Part shown: positions 41,669 through 51,822 of the stretch, piece by piece | How positions within the stretch are numbered: position 1 is the first letter of the stretch | Layout of the letters: every line of letters starts with the position of its first letter | NCBI GenBank assembly: GCA_963663965.2 | Contig: CAXXFK010000022.1 | Coordinates: forward strand, 37,622-101,621 | Length of the DNA stretch: 64,000 bases | Origin: Sedimentisphaerales bacterium | Lineage (GTDB): Bacteria; Planctomycetota; Phycisphaerae; Sedimentisphaerales; SM23-30 | Reading direction: 5' to 3' | Made by a program: the position numbers and the translations under genes | Notes under the pieces: model-generated | The model's database searches: none | Told to the model about the DNA's origin: nothing | The model's input: the letters and a program-made list of their open reading frames with translations, nothing else

Positions 41669-43147
41669 ATGAAATACTTTTATCTGCGCTATCCATTTCG
41701 TGCTTATATCGTTTCCTTTTTATTGGTATTGCTGATTGCAACTCCCGGCCTGGCCTGTTTTTCCATCGTGGCAGGCAAAAAGGCTGCCGCTGATGGTTAT
41801 GTTATGATGGCGCATAATGAAGATGACGATGCGCCTCAGATTGTAAACCACCATAAGATTCCGCGTCAACATCATCCAGCCGGCGATAAAGTGCGTTTAC
41901 GGAATGGAGGGGAGCTTGACCAGGTGGAAGAGACCTGGGCTTATATATGGTCGGAAATGCCCGGGATGCTCTTTTCCGACAGCTTTGTGAATGAGTGGGG
42001 GGTCTGTGTTACCAGCGATAATTGTCCCTCCCGGGAAGATCAAGCTGAGATAACCGATGGAGGGATTGGGACGATGCTCCGGCGGCTGGTGGCCCAGAGG
42101 GCCCGGACAGCGCGCGAGGGAGTCGTGCTGGCCGGGAGTCTGGTGGAACGATTCGGATACATCGATTCGGGAAGAACCTATATTATCAGCGATCCTCAGG
42201 AAGGGTGGCTTTTTTGCGTTGTGAAGGGTAAACACTGGCTGGCAAAGCGTGTTCCGGATGACGAAGTCGCTATGGTCGCGAATACCTACACGATACGAGT
42301 TGTGGATCTGGCAGACCAGGAACATATTCTGGCCTCGAAAGATATTATCACCTACGCGATTCAGCGTGGCTGGTACGATCCACAAACCGATGGCGCCTTT
42401 GACTTTGCCGCGGCGTATGCAAATCCTGAAATTGCCGCCAGGCCATCCAATCTGGGGCGATTATGGCAGGGCTTTAACTATATTTCCACTGAACCGATTG
42501 AGTATGGCTCCACTTTACCTTTTTCCCTGCCGCCTCGCCGAAAAGTGAAACCCGGTCATATCATGCAAGTGTTGCGGCACGCGGCAGAAGGGGTTCCTCC
42601 GGCGGCATCTACTTCTCCTGTATGTCCTCCGGAAGGGAGTTGTCAGATTTGCAGCAATGCCACCCAAACCAGTTTTGTCGCGCAATTACGCCAGGATCTG
42701 CCACGAGAAATCGGCATTGTCTATTGGACCTGCCTGGGGCCGCCGGATACGTCGATTTTTATCCCGTTTCCTCTGGGGATTTCAGCATTTCCCCGGGGAT
42801 ACACGGGCCAGGCCGACAGACCTGAACAGACGATGTTTGAAGCCAAAGTGGGGGCGGAATTCAATGCTGATCCCATGCAGGCTTTCTGGACATTTTCCAA
42901 TTTTCGACACAAGGCGAAACGAATGCCTGAAGCCGCCTTACAACGTATTCGTACGGAAGCCGGTCATCTGGAAGAGGTGGCCCTGACGCTGCAGCCTGCA
43001 ATCGATCAGGCGGCTCTGCAACTCTACCGGAAGAATAAACGGGCAGCCTCGCAATTATTGACAAACTATTCATACGGGGTCTATCTATCATCAATGGAAG
43101 TCATGGAGAAAATTATCACCCAGCAAAACAGGGATAGTCGGAATTGA
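41669..43147 (+). CDS. Peptidase family C69 dipeptidase
   Basis: Signal peptide then nucleophile C (ACFSIVAGK), AHNED, NEWGV, ARTAREGV. Confidence 0.85.
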   Translation: MKYFYLRYPFRAYIVSFLLVLLIATPGLACFSIVAGKKAAADGYVMMAHNEDDDAPQIVNHHKIPRQHHPAGDKVRLRNGGELDQVEETWAYIWSEMPGMLFSDSFVNEWGVCVTSDNCPSREDQAEITDGGIGTMLRRLVAQRARTAREGVVLAGSLVERFGYIDSGRTYIISDPQEGWLFCVVKGKHWLAKRVPDDEVAMVANTYTIRVVDLADQEHILASKDIITYAIQRGWYDPQTDGAFDFAAAYANPEIAARPSNLGRLWQGFNYISTEPIEYGSTLPFSLPPRRKVKPGHIMQVLRHAAEGVPPAASTSPVCPPEGSCQICSNATQTSFVAQLRQDLPREIGIVYWTCLGPPDTSIFIPFPLGISAFPRGYTGQADRPEQTMFEAKVGAEFNADPMQAFWTFSNFRHKAKRMPEAALQRIRTEAGHLEEVALTLQPAIDQAALQLYRKNKRAASQLLTNYSYGVYLSSMEVMEKIITQQNRDSRN

Positions 43148-43369
43148 TTTATATACCCATTGGGCCGGCTACATAAACGTCATAAAATCGAGGGTGAGTG
43201 TGTTCTATGCGTCTGAAAATGTGGTGGCGCAGGTTGTGATACAACATAACGAAAAAGGGCTATTTTTAGCGACAAACGACGACAATAAACCTGTAAACAG
43301 TGAAGATATGAAATCGGCCTTAATGGGGACAAATACGCGGATTTCAGCCGAAAAAGAGGGAATTGTGGG

Positions 43370-43418
43370 GACAGCCAGCAGACGGACTCGAACCGTCAAC
43401 CGTCCGCTTACAAAGCGG
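43370..43418. repeat. att core copy (duplicate of the tRNA-Thr 3' part)
   Basis: GACAGCCAGCAGACGGACTCGAACCGTCAACCGTCCGCTTACAAAGCGG, identical to 55166..55214. Confidence 0.95.
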
Positions 43419-43602
43419 AAGGCAGCAATCTGTAACTATTGATAATATAACGAGTTATGAATTTTTAAAAAATGACCTTGCCAGCCAGCTTGCCAAATCG
43501 ATGTTAAGTGATACACATTTTAAGACACTTTGTGAGGCATGGCCGAACCTGAAAGAATGGCAAAAACAGGCGATTCTGGCGATTGTTAAGGGGGAGAAAT
43601 GA
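43372..43602 (+). other. Detached integrase C-terminal segment (rejoined in the excised form)
   Basis: In frame with the integrase across the att core; no convincing RBS or start of its own. Confidence 0.65.
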
Positions 43603-43887
43603 TAAGGCGGGACGAAGCGATTCAAAACATACCACCCCTGGAAGTGTATAAAAAAAGAAAGCTGGTACCGGGGGTAAGGAGTATTTGGTACCAGCTAAGC
43701 TCGGAAACGGCTTTATTTTGGGGTTTTGATGCGGAAATGGCAAGAATTTTTTAATAAATATGGGCAAACCCGTATTTACCACGATTGATTTAATAGCCCG
43801 GAATGGGTATGATGAAATAGATGCAATCATTGCAATTTGGGTAGATTGCTGGAAAGTTTATCTATTTTCACATAGAAGGAGCCGGAT

Positions 43888-46800
43888 ATGGATAAGAATG
43901 CGGTTATTCAAGCAAGCTCGATAAATTGTGATAATTATCAATACGTTTTTGCGTTCATTCATGCAGGGTGCTGGATAAGACCTGTATTCGTATTTAGTAT
44001 CTGTCTGGTATTATTAATCAATTTGTCATGGGCAGATACATTTGGATCAGTTGGTACAGTAGATAATCAATTTGCAATTGATTTTGTTATGATCAATGGC
44101 AAATATCGAATCGGTAAGTTTGAAATTACCAGATGCCAATGGGTAAAGTATCAAAGTATTATAGGCATAAATAGTAGCAACCAAGGATTAGATGATCCTG
44201 ACCTACCAGTTGAAGTCGATTGGGATGGTGCCGCACATTTTGTGAACTGGCTTAATACTAGTACTGGCCACCATGCTGCATACAAATTAGTTGAAGATCA
44301 GGGTACTGGAGACTCTAGCTTTTCGGCATGGGAACCTGATGATTTTGGTTATGATCCCAGTAATCCATATCGCAATAAACATGCCCATTACTATTTACCT
44401 ACTGAGGATGAATGGGTCAATGCTGCCTACTGGAATGGTACAGACATGCAAGTTTATGCGACAAAGGCCGGTGAACATCTGCATCAGGGTAACGGTGTCA
44501 ATGGCACAGGTTGGAATTACTTCTATGAGTACAGTTGGGGGCCAACTAATCCATGCTATGGTCGCCCTGCAACAAGCCCTCCAGGCCCATGGAGGGTTGG
44601 TAGTGGTTCAGAGGAACTTAATGGCACATATGACATGATGGGTAATTTGTGGGAACTGACTGAAACGCCTTGTTCTGCGGAAAATAATGCTAGAGTCATT
44701 CGCGGAGGTGCATACGAATGTAGTATATATATAGATTGTCGCCGTTTTCTAGAATCGACCTTTAGGACATGCACGGATAATTTATATTATGGATATAGCG
44801 AGATAGGATTTCGTGTCGCATCAAACCTTGAATCTGAAATGCCAATCAAATATAGCGGCGGTTATGGCTATGAAGATTATCCGTATGAGATTGCTACCAC
44901 AGAGGATTTAATTGCACTGGGCCAGAATACAGTGGATTATGATAAATATTTTATTTTAACGGCAGATATTGATCTCTCCTCTTATCAAGATATTAATAAT
45001 TCCCTGATCGCACCAAGTACCCAAGGTTCCAATTGGCAGTTTAACGGACTAATGTTTGATGGTAACTTTGATGGCGCGGAACATACCATAAGCAATTTGC
45101 ATATCAATGCCTCTGGTTCTAATATTTCTTATCTTGGCTTGTTCGGGTATATTGGCTCTTCTGCTCAAATTGTAAATATTAAAATCCAAGATTGCACCAT
45201 CATTGGTGGGCCTGAATCGAATTGTATTGGCGGATTATGCGGCTTTAATAATGGAACCATAGAGCAATGTCATATTTCTTGTTTAATCGAGATAGGAAAT
45301 TTAGCCCAATACGTTGGGGGGCTATGTGGAGAGAACCATGGAACTATCCGGGATTGTGATACCATAAGCACTGTAATAAGCGATTATGATGAAGAATCTG
45401 GCCCGTTGGGTGGATTATGCGGAGCTAATCGTGGTGTCATCAATGGCTGCTATGCGAATGGTACTGTTATGGGCATTTATGCCATAGGCGGACTTTGTGG
45501 TACTAATATGGAACAGGGCATTATTACAAATTCCGACGCCTCTGGCAATATCATGGGCAAATCAAGTGTCGGCGGACTATGTGGTGAAAATAGCGCAGTA
45601 ATTTCTCAATGTCACGCCACAACTCATGTATCGGTAATTGATCTGGACTATGAAGAGGGTGGCGATTCCCTCTATGAATTTATAGGCGGACTTTGCGGCT
45701 GGAACTATTTGGGGATCATATCAGAATGTTATGCCGCCGGTATTGTATGGAGTCGCTGTCATACTAGTGGCATTGGCGGATTCTGCGGATGGTCAAATGG
45801 CACTATCGAAAATTCTTACTCGCTTGCTTCCGTTACTAGCGGAGAATGGTCAGAATATATTGGCGGTTTCTGTGGAGAGAAAGATAACGGAACGATCGAC
45901 AACTGTTATGCTTCCAGTCCAATTTCTGTAGGACAATTTTCCGAAAAAGTAGGCGGTCTGTGTGGCTATAGTTCCGGCATAGCTATCACTAGTTGTTTTT
46001 GGGATATTGAAACATCCAGCACAACCACCAGTGACGGCGGATTTGGTAAAACCACTGCCGAAATGCAGGATGTTCAATCCTACCTAAACTCCGGTTGGGA
46101 TTTTATTGGTGAATCAATCAATGGAACTGATGACTATTGGATGATTAGACCGGGTGAATATCCTAGACTTGTTTACTTTGAAGACTTGAAAAAAGGTAGT
46201 GGTACCAAAGATGATCCTTTTAAAATTTATTCAATCGACGACTTTTTATATGCGGCAAGCCGAAATGAAGATTATGATAAATATTATATCCTGATGAACG
46301 ATATCAATTTATTATTAAATTCAAACAATACAGCTTTTTTTGCCCCTGATACTTCAACATCTAGTGGTTTTCAAGGTGCTTCTTTCACGGGTTCATTCGA
46401 TGGACAAGGTTATTCTATAATTGGCTTGACGATTGAAGGAGTGGATGAAGGTAATGACTATTTGGGCCTGTTTGGTTTTGTTGGTACGGGTGGCATAGTG
46501 AAGAATTTACATTTAGTAGATTGTTTAGTGGCCGGAGATGATTATATTAGTGGATTGTCTGGAATGAATTATGGTTCGGTTGAAAATTGTTCAGTTCAGG
46601 GTAGTCTGTCAGGGGATGATTATATTGGGGGAATAACCAGCTATAAGCTTTATGGAACTGTTAGTAAATGTTGGACCGATATTAATATCATTACGGGAGA
46701 TTTTGTCTATTATGTGGGGGGGTTGGTAGGACAGGCCTATTCATCTACTATTACCGGTTGTAGCGCCCAGGTAGACATTATCTGTCAAATGCAGGCTGAT

Positions 46801-47521
46801 TGGATTGGCGGATTAATAGGCGGCACCACCAATGGCCAAATTATGCAAAGTTGCTCTATAGGGACAATCGAAACAAATGATATGTGCGATAATCTGGGTG
46901 GTTTAATGGGTATCAATTATGGGGGTATCATCAAAGAATCATACAGTACGGTTGATATCAGCAGTGTTGGAGATTGCTGGTTATTGGGGGGTCTGGTGGG
47001 TAACAATACCTATAACACGGCTAATCACCGTTTGAGCGGTATTATCAATTGTTACGCAACCGGCAATATTTCTGGCCGCGAACTTGTGGGCGGTCTGGTT
47101 GGTTCGAATGAATTTGGCTGTCAGATTACCAGCAGTTATGCTACAGGTGCTGTAAATGGCAAATCATCGGGCGGATTGGTTGGTTTCAATTTTGCCGGCG
47201 ATGTTGAGGCCTGTGTTTCTGGGATATTCAGAGTTCGGGCCTGGTTTACAGTGGAGCCGGAATCGGTTTGCTGACCGAGGCCATGCAGAATCCAGACACA
47301 TATACCGGGGCAGGATGGGATTTTGAAGACATCTGGCACATGCCCTATCAATCAACCGGTTACCCCATGCTCTGGTGGCAACGTGATATCCCAGGGGATA
47401 CGACGGGAAGTTATGGAGTAAACATAGAAGATTATGTGAATATATCCAATCGGTGGCTGATCCGGATGGGGCTGATATGACGGAGTTGATGAGAATTGTG
47501 GAGTATTGGTTGGAAAAATAA
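43888..47521 (+). pseudogene. Secreted FGE-sulfatase-domain + GLUG-repeat protein, frameshifted near the C-terminus
   Basis: YRIGKFEIT, LPTEDEW, GTYDMMGNLWE, RGG, IGFRV (FGE fold) and many GGLCG/GGLVG repeats. Frame breaks at ~47213 and ~47458. Confidence 0.75.
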
Positions 47522-47630
47522 TTTTGTAATAATCTCAAAGATGTCGTTAGTTGTATTAAAATTCAACTTATGATTAAAGTTGGCTAGTTTGACGACAGAT
47601 TGACAATTAAAATAATAAAGGGAATTTGTT

Positions 47631-49244
47631 ATGAAGCAATGGTTTTTTATCGCTTTAGTTATGCCCTCTTGGGCTTTAGGAGCTATTTCAAATGAAGCGG
47701 GCTTAAGGTTATGGGCTCAGAATGGCGGGGATGAAACTATCTCAGGAACAATTGTTTTATCGGCCAATTTGATAATAACGCAATCGGGGACATTAACCGC
47801 AACCGGGGCCACTACGATTGATTGTACGAATAACAATCATAGTTATTTAATCTACCTTAGTAATTCCAGTGGATTACCTGTTGAAATATCATTTATCGGC
47901 AGTTATGGAAAAAGAATCCGATTTACTGAAAGCTCTTCATTCGCGAACATTGTGTCTTGTCAGGGGACCGGGGGAATAACAGTCAATTATTATCATTGTG
48001 ACTTTGATTCCTCTCAAGATGGCTTAAAAACGGCCAATAAAGCGTATGGTCCGATTACTTTAAATTGCTTTTACTGCAATGCCTACAATAACAGTAACGA
48101 TGGCTTTTCCTTAGCAGGTAATTCATGGGGACTTGATGATTTTCAAAGCGTAGTTGATTTGGAAAATGGGCTGGTCAGTCTCAAGGCTACAGGCCATAAA
48201 TTGATAGTGGGGGATCAATTCCGATTCTTGACACTGGAAAACTATCCGGACACCTACACCATAGATGCAGCCAGTGATTCGGATACGATTGTCTTTGAGG
48301 CGGATTATATTGCTGAAACAATTGATAAGTCCGATACGGTTGGTTATTATGTCCCATATCCACAAACAATGAATCTGGTAGCGTGTAATTCTTATGCCAA
48401 TCAATTTGATGGCGTAACCTTGCATACCAATAACCAATATATCCATGTGGATGGCGGTCGATATTATGGAAATGGCAAATCGGGATTTTCATTGGTAGGA
48501 TTGAATCATGGGGCAGGCGGGGAATGTGTTATTAAGAACGCCACAATTTATGATAATGGTGGGAATATCAAAACTAACGGCGATATTTACGCGGGGCAGG
48601 GAGTTAAGAAATTGGTTTTAGATGGATGCTGGCTTAAAAAGTTTGATGTTAAAAAGGCTTCTTCTGTTTATGGACAGGTTAATTTAGCTGATTGCCATAC
48701 CGCGATTATTAAAAACTGTCTATTCACTGATCCAGTAGATTTATCTTCTTTTGTCGTCTATTTAATCAATTGTCCCAACGCAACTGATCCTTGCGAAAAT
48801 TTAACAATTGATAACTGTCGGTTCGATGGATTTTCCATGCCCGCAACAAATTATGTCATTTATGCCCGTAGTCTAACCAATCAATTGATTGTTAAAAATT
48901 CAACGTTTAGCGATTGTGAACGTTGTATTTATACGCCAATGGGAAACACAAAATATTCGATTGATCGGTGTGCCTTTATGGATACTGCCATGGGAATATA
49001 TGATGTATATTCGAGTGTGAAATATGCCAGTAATGCCAATTGTTGTAGCAATCAGTTTGATAATGTAATCCATATTGCAGCATCGGCCAATACATGTCAG
49101 GTTACAGATTTTCCCAATCAAAACGTCGGACAGTGCATTATGGGTATCGATTCTTATTGGTGGTGGGTAGATGATTGGGCAAGTAGTATAAAAATGGGCG
49201 ATTTTGCGGAGATCAGCAAAAAATGGCCTCCAAATTCTAATTGA
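47631..49244 (+). CDS. Secreted right-handed beta-helix protein
   Basis: Signal peptide; repeats such as CNAYNNSNDGF, CNSYANQFDGV, IKNCLF, IDNCRF. Confidence 0.7.
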   Translation: MKQWFFIALVMPSWALGAISNEAGLRLWAQNGGDETISGTIVLSANLIITQSGTLTATGATTIDCTNNNHSYLIYLSNSSGLPVEISFIGSYGKRIRFTESSSFANIVSCQGTGGITVNYYHCDFDSSQDGLKTANKAYGPITLNCFYCNAYNNSNDGFSLAGNSWGLDDFQSVVDLENGLVSLKATGHKLIVGDQFRFLTLENYPDTYTIDAASDSDTIVFEADYIAETIDKSDTVGYYVPYPQTMNLVACNSYANQFDGVTLHTNNQYIHVDGGRYYGNGKSGFSLVGLNHGAGGECVIKNATIYDNGGNIKTNGDIYAGQGVKKLVLDGCWLKKFDVKKASSVYGQVNLADCHTAIIKNCLFTDPVDLSSFVVYLINCPNATDPCENLTIDNCRFDGFSMPATNYVIYARSLTNQLIVKNSTFSDCERCIYTPMGNTKYSIDRCAFMDTAMGIYDVYSSVKYASNANCCSNQFDNVIHIAASANTCQVTDFPNQNVGQCIMGIDSYWWWVDDWASSIKMGDFAEISKKWPPNSN

Positions 49245-49359
49245 GGATTTTAATAAATCCGGGTGGACACCGGCCAGTGTCGATGCGTTCCGGGTTTCGG
49301 TTGCTCTCTGTGTACCGGCAATCAAGGCCCGGAGCGGCCCGGACTTTGAGGTACACATA

Positions 49360-49944
49360 ATGAATGAGTTATCACAGAAGGTTATCGAGCTTTGGCATGG
49401 GAACGGTCGGGACAGGTTGGCAGACGCTATCTTGGAAGCATGGACGGCGATCATGGCTGGCTATGAAGCCGCGGAGGATGACCCACAACCCACGGCGGCC
49501 CGGTGTGTGTACTGGATCATTTATGAACAAACGGAAGTGGCTAGAGCAATGTACGGCCAATTGAGCGAAGTTGAGAGGATGAGACGCGATTTTTGGCTGT
49601 TGGCGGTTCTGTCGTATCGGTACGGGGACGATCTGGCTTATAGCACGGTCGCGGCACTGGAGGAGATTTATAAAATCGCAACCCTAATTTGTGATGACAT
49701 GAAAATGACAGAATCTCTCCAAATGGTGTTTACTAGCGCGATCATGTCGGTGGAACGATGGCTAAAAAACAGTGGAGATGCCGGAGAATCGGCCCCCCCA
49801 AAACCAAAAAATAGACGAAAAGTAACTCCAAGGACCCCGCACGAACAGCGGATTAATTTCTTTAGAAAATACATCATCAAAAACCCCGGTTGTAACTCCC
49901 CTGAAATAGCGTACGGCGTACAGCGAAAAATTCAAAAAAGATGA
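49360..49944 (+). CDS. Hypothetical protein, possibly a frameshifted winged-HTH protein
   Basis: GAGG RBS before ATG 49360. A plausible continuation in another frame runs to 50065. Confidence 0.55.
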   Translation: MNELSQKVIELWHGNGRDRLADAILEAWTAIMAGYEAAEDDPQPTAARCVYWIIYEQTEVARAMYGQLSEVERMRRDFWLLAVLSYRYGDDLAYSTVAALEEIYKIATLICDDMKMTESLQMVFTSAIMSVERWLKNSGDAGESAPPKPKNRRKVTPRTPHEQRINFFRKYIIKNPGCNSPEIAYGVQRKIQKR

Positions 49945-50288
49945 GATTTCTGACGATACAGTCAAGGGTTATTTCCGCAAAGGCAAAACATTGCGCAATG
50001 AGGGTCTTTATTACCGTCCAGGAGAGAATGGGCCCGGTTATTATCCACCGGAACCGGAGAAATGAGGAATAAAAGTATTGGTACGGTATGATTTTTGGGT
50101 GTGAAATAGAAATTGCTGATTTCACAGGGCGTTATATTTTAACTTAAATCGGGTGTTACAGGGCATTCAAAAACTATTGTGTGAAATTGACGAAGTTTCA
50201 CATCACAAGGATACCGGTCTAAAAATTGTTTGGGTATTGTGACTTCTATGTTAATTGAAACAAAAACTTATTTTGTAGAGATCAAAAC

Positions 50289-50513
50289 ATGAAGCACGAA
50301 AAAAAATATCCGACTCGTCAGGTGGCCAAGATACTGGGATGTGTACCAGGCAGCCTGTCACAAGCGGTATGGAACAACAAAATTACACCACCACCCGAAA
50401 AAGTTGGTGGTTCTTATGTCTGGACGCGAGAGGACATAATCCGGGCGGGCTGGCAGTTGTTTAAGCGCGATGTTCGACCATTGTTGGGGGTTGGCGATCA
50501 TGACAACGGATGA
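50289..50513 (+). CDS. Small HTH DNA-binding protein (Xis/MerR-like)
   Basis: TRQVAKILGC...L.......KI.PP....G.YVWTREDI. Confidence 0.7.
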   Translation: MKHEKKYPTRQVAKILGCVPGSLSQAVWNNKITPPPEKVGGSYVWTREDIIRAGWQLFKRDVRPLLGVGDHDNG

Positions 50514-50790
50514 GCTTGTAACCACCCTGGAAACAATTCTTGCCAGACTGGATAAGCTTTCCAAGCTGGTCGAATCCGATGGACTAATGCTAAGCGCTGC
50601 CGATACGGCGAAAACTTTGGGCGTTAGCAGATCATTGCTTTACGAAATGAAAAACGCCGGTTTGCTACCGGCCCCGATCAGTTTTGGAAGACGGTTGTGC
50701 TGGTCGAAAGATGAACTCCGGGCGTGGATTGGGGCGGGTTGTCCGGCTGCGGATCGATGGGAAGTTTTGAAGAAACGAAAGGCGGTGTGA
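50500..50790 (+). CDS. AlpA-family HTH protein
   Basis: TAKTLGVSRSLLYEM...GLLPAPISFG...WSKDELRAWI..GCP. Confidence 0.8.
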   Translation: MTTDELVTTLETILARLDKLSKLVESDGLMLSAADTAKTLGVSRSLLYEMKNAGLLPAPISFGRRLCWSKDELRAWIGAGCPAADRWEVLKKRKAV

Positions 50791-50791
50791 C

Positions 50792-51046
50792 GTGAGTGAA
50801 GCAATTGAATATGTCGAAGCCTATCGTTTACTTTCGGTTGAGCAAGCGGCGGCGAAATTGAAAATTCACCGGACTACACTATACAGGCATATACTAAATC
50901 GGAAATTCGGTCCGATGGTTAAAAAATCACCCTCTGGTCATAGCCGGATATATGATGACGAGCTAAAGTTATGGATTTTTTATGGAAAGCCTGATAAAGA
51001 TGCCTGGCAAAATATCAAGCGGTTGAGAAGGGAGGCTAGGAAATGA
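50792..51046 (+). CDS. AlpA/excisionase-like HTH protein
   Basis: LLSVEQAAAKLKIHRTTLYR...ELKLWI. Confidence 0.75.
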   Translation: MSEAIEYVEAYRLLSVEQAAAKLKIHRTTLYRHILNRKFGPMVKKSPSGHSRIYDDELKLWIFYGKPDKDAWQNIKRLRREARK

Positions 51047-51116
51047 GTGGCAGTACCATTGAAAAAATCTCCGGCGTAAATGGCGGCACGAAACTACAGC
51101 GAAATGGCGGCGACCG

Positions 51117-51617
51117 ATGACAGATACAGTCGATGAGAAACTGCGAAGAAAAAAGCCTTGGTATTGGCTTACAGACACCAACTATGCAAACCGATTGGTT
51201 CTTAATCGTGATATGGTTGAATCTGAGGTGTTTCGATCTTTAAGCGGGAATGCTGTTAAACTCTATCTGTTATTATGTTTGAGACTGACTGTCGAGAATC
51301 GAGCTGGGCGCAATGAAAAGCCTGAGTATCGAGCGAAAAACAACGGTGAACTCATACTGAGTTATAAATCGGCCAAGCGGCTTATAGGGTTTTCTTCACG
51401 GACGGTATCACGGGTAATTGATGAGCTCGTTAATAAGGGTTTTATCGAAATTGCCGTCATAGGCGAGGGCAAGCACAGGCGAAGCCATAAGCTCGCGATG
51501 ATTGATTTGTGGAAATATATAGACCAGCCGGATTATGAACCTGGGCAGGGCAAGGCTTTGTTGCCGTCCAACGGCGGCTTTAAAACAAAACGACGAACTC
51601 CAAAACGGTCACTGTGA
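51117..51617 (+). CDS. Winged-HTH putative replication initiator
   Basis: FRSLSGNAVKLYL...FSSRTVSRVIDELVNKGFIE; immediately followed by iteron-like repeats. Confidence 0.6.
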   Translation: MTDTVDEKLRRKKPWYWLTDTNYANRLVLNRDMVESEVFRSLSGNAVKLYLLLCLRLTVENRAGRNEKPEYRAKNNGELILSYKSAKRLIGFSSRTVSRVIDELVNKGFIEIAVIGEGKHRRSHKLAMIDLWKYIDQPDYEPGQGKALLPSNGGFKTKRRTPKRSL

Positions 51618-51625
51618 CCGTTTTT

Positions 51626-51758
51626 CACCTTTACTTTTTAAAGGTGAAGCCAAGGTGACACCTTTACTTTTGCAAGTAGTTCATTTTGAAAACGACATAA
51701 AACAGGCCCAACACCTTTACTTTTTGCATGTTGTCAAAATCTTAACACCTTTACTTTT
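51626..51758 (+). repeat. Four iteron-like direct repeats CACCTTTACTTTT (putative origin)
   Basis: Copies start at 51626, 51659, 51712 and 51746. Confidence 0.8.
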
Positions 51759-51822
51759 GCATGTATTTTAAAGAAACCCATAAGGGTAAACATTTAGTCT
51801 TAAAATTGGAGTCACATAAACC

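Noticed and set aside
43370..43418. Second tRNA-Thr gene
   Set aside because: Only the 3' part is present, with no D-arm or 5' acceptor strand; it is the att duplicate.
43888..44830. FGE-sulfatase (CLec-fold) domain as a diversity-generating retroelement target
   Set aside because: No reverse transcriptase and no template/variable repeat pair seen in the window; the domain is N-terminal.
51535..51771. 78-aa ORF over the iterons
   Set aside because: Its repeated PLLL pattern is just the translated iterons; no RBS.
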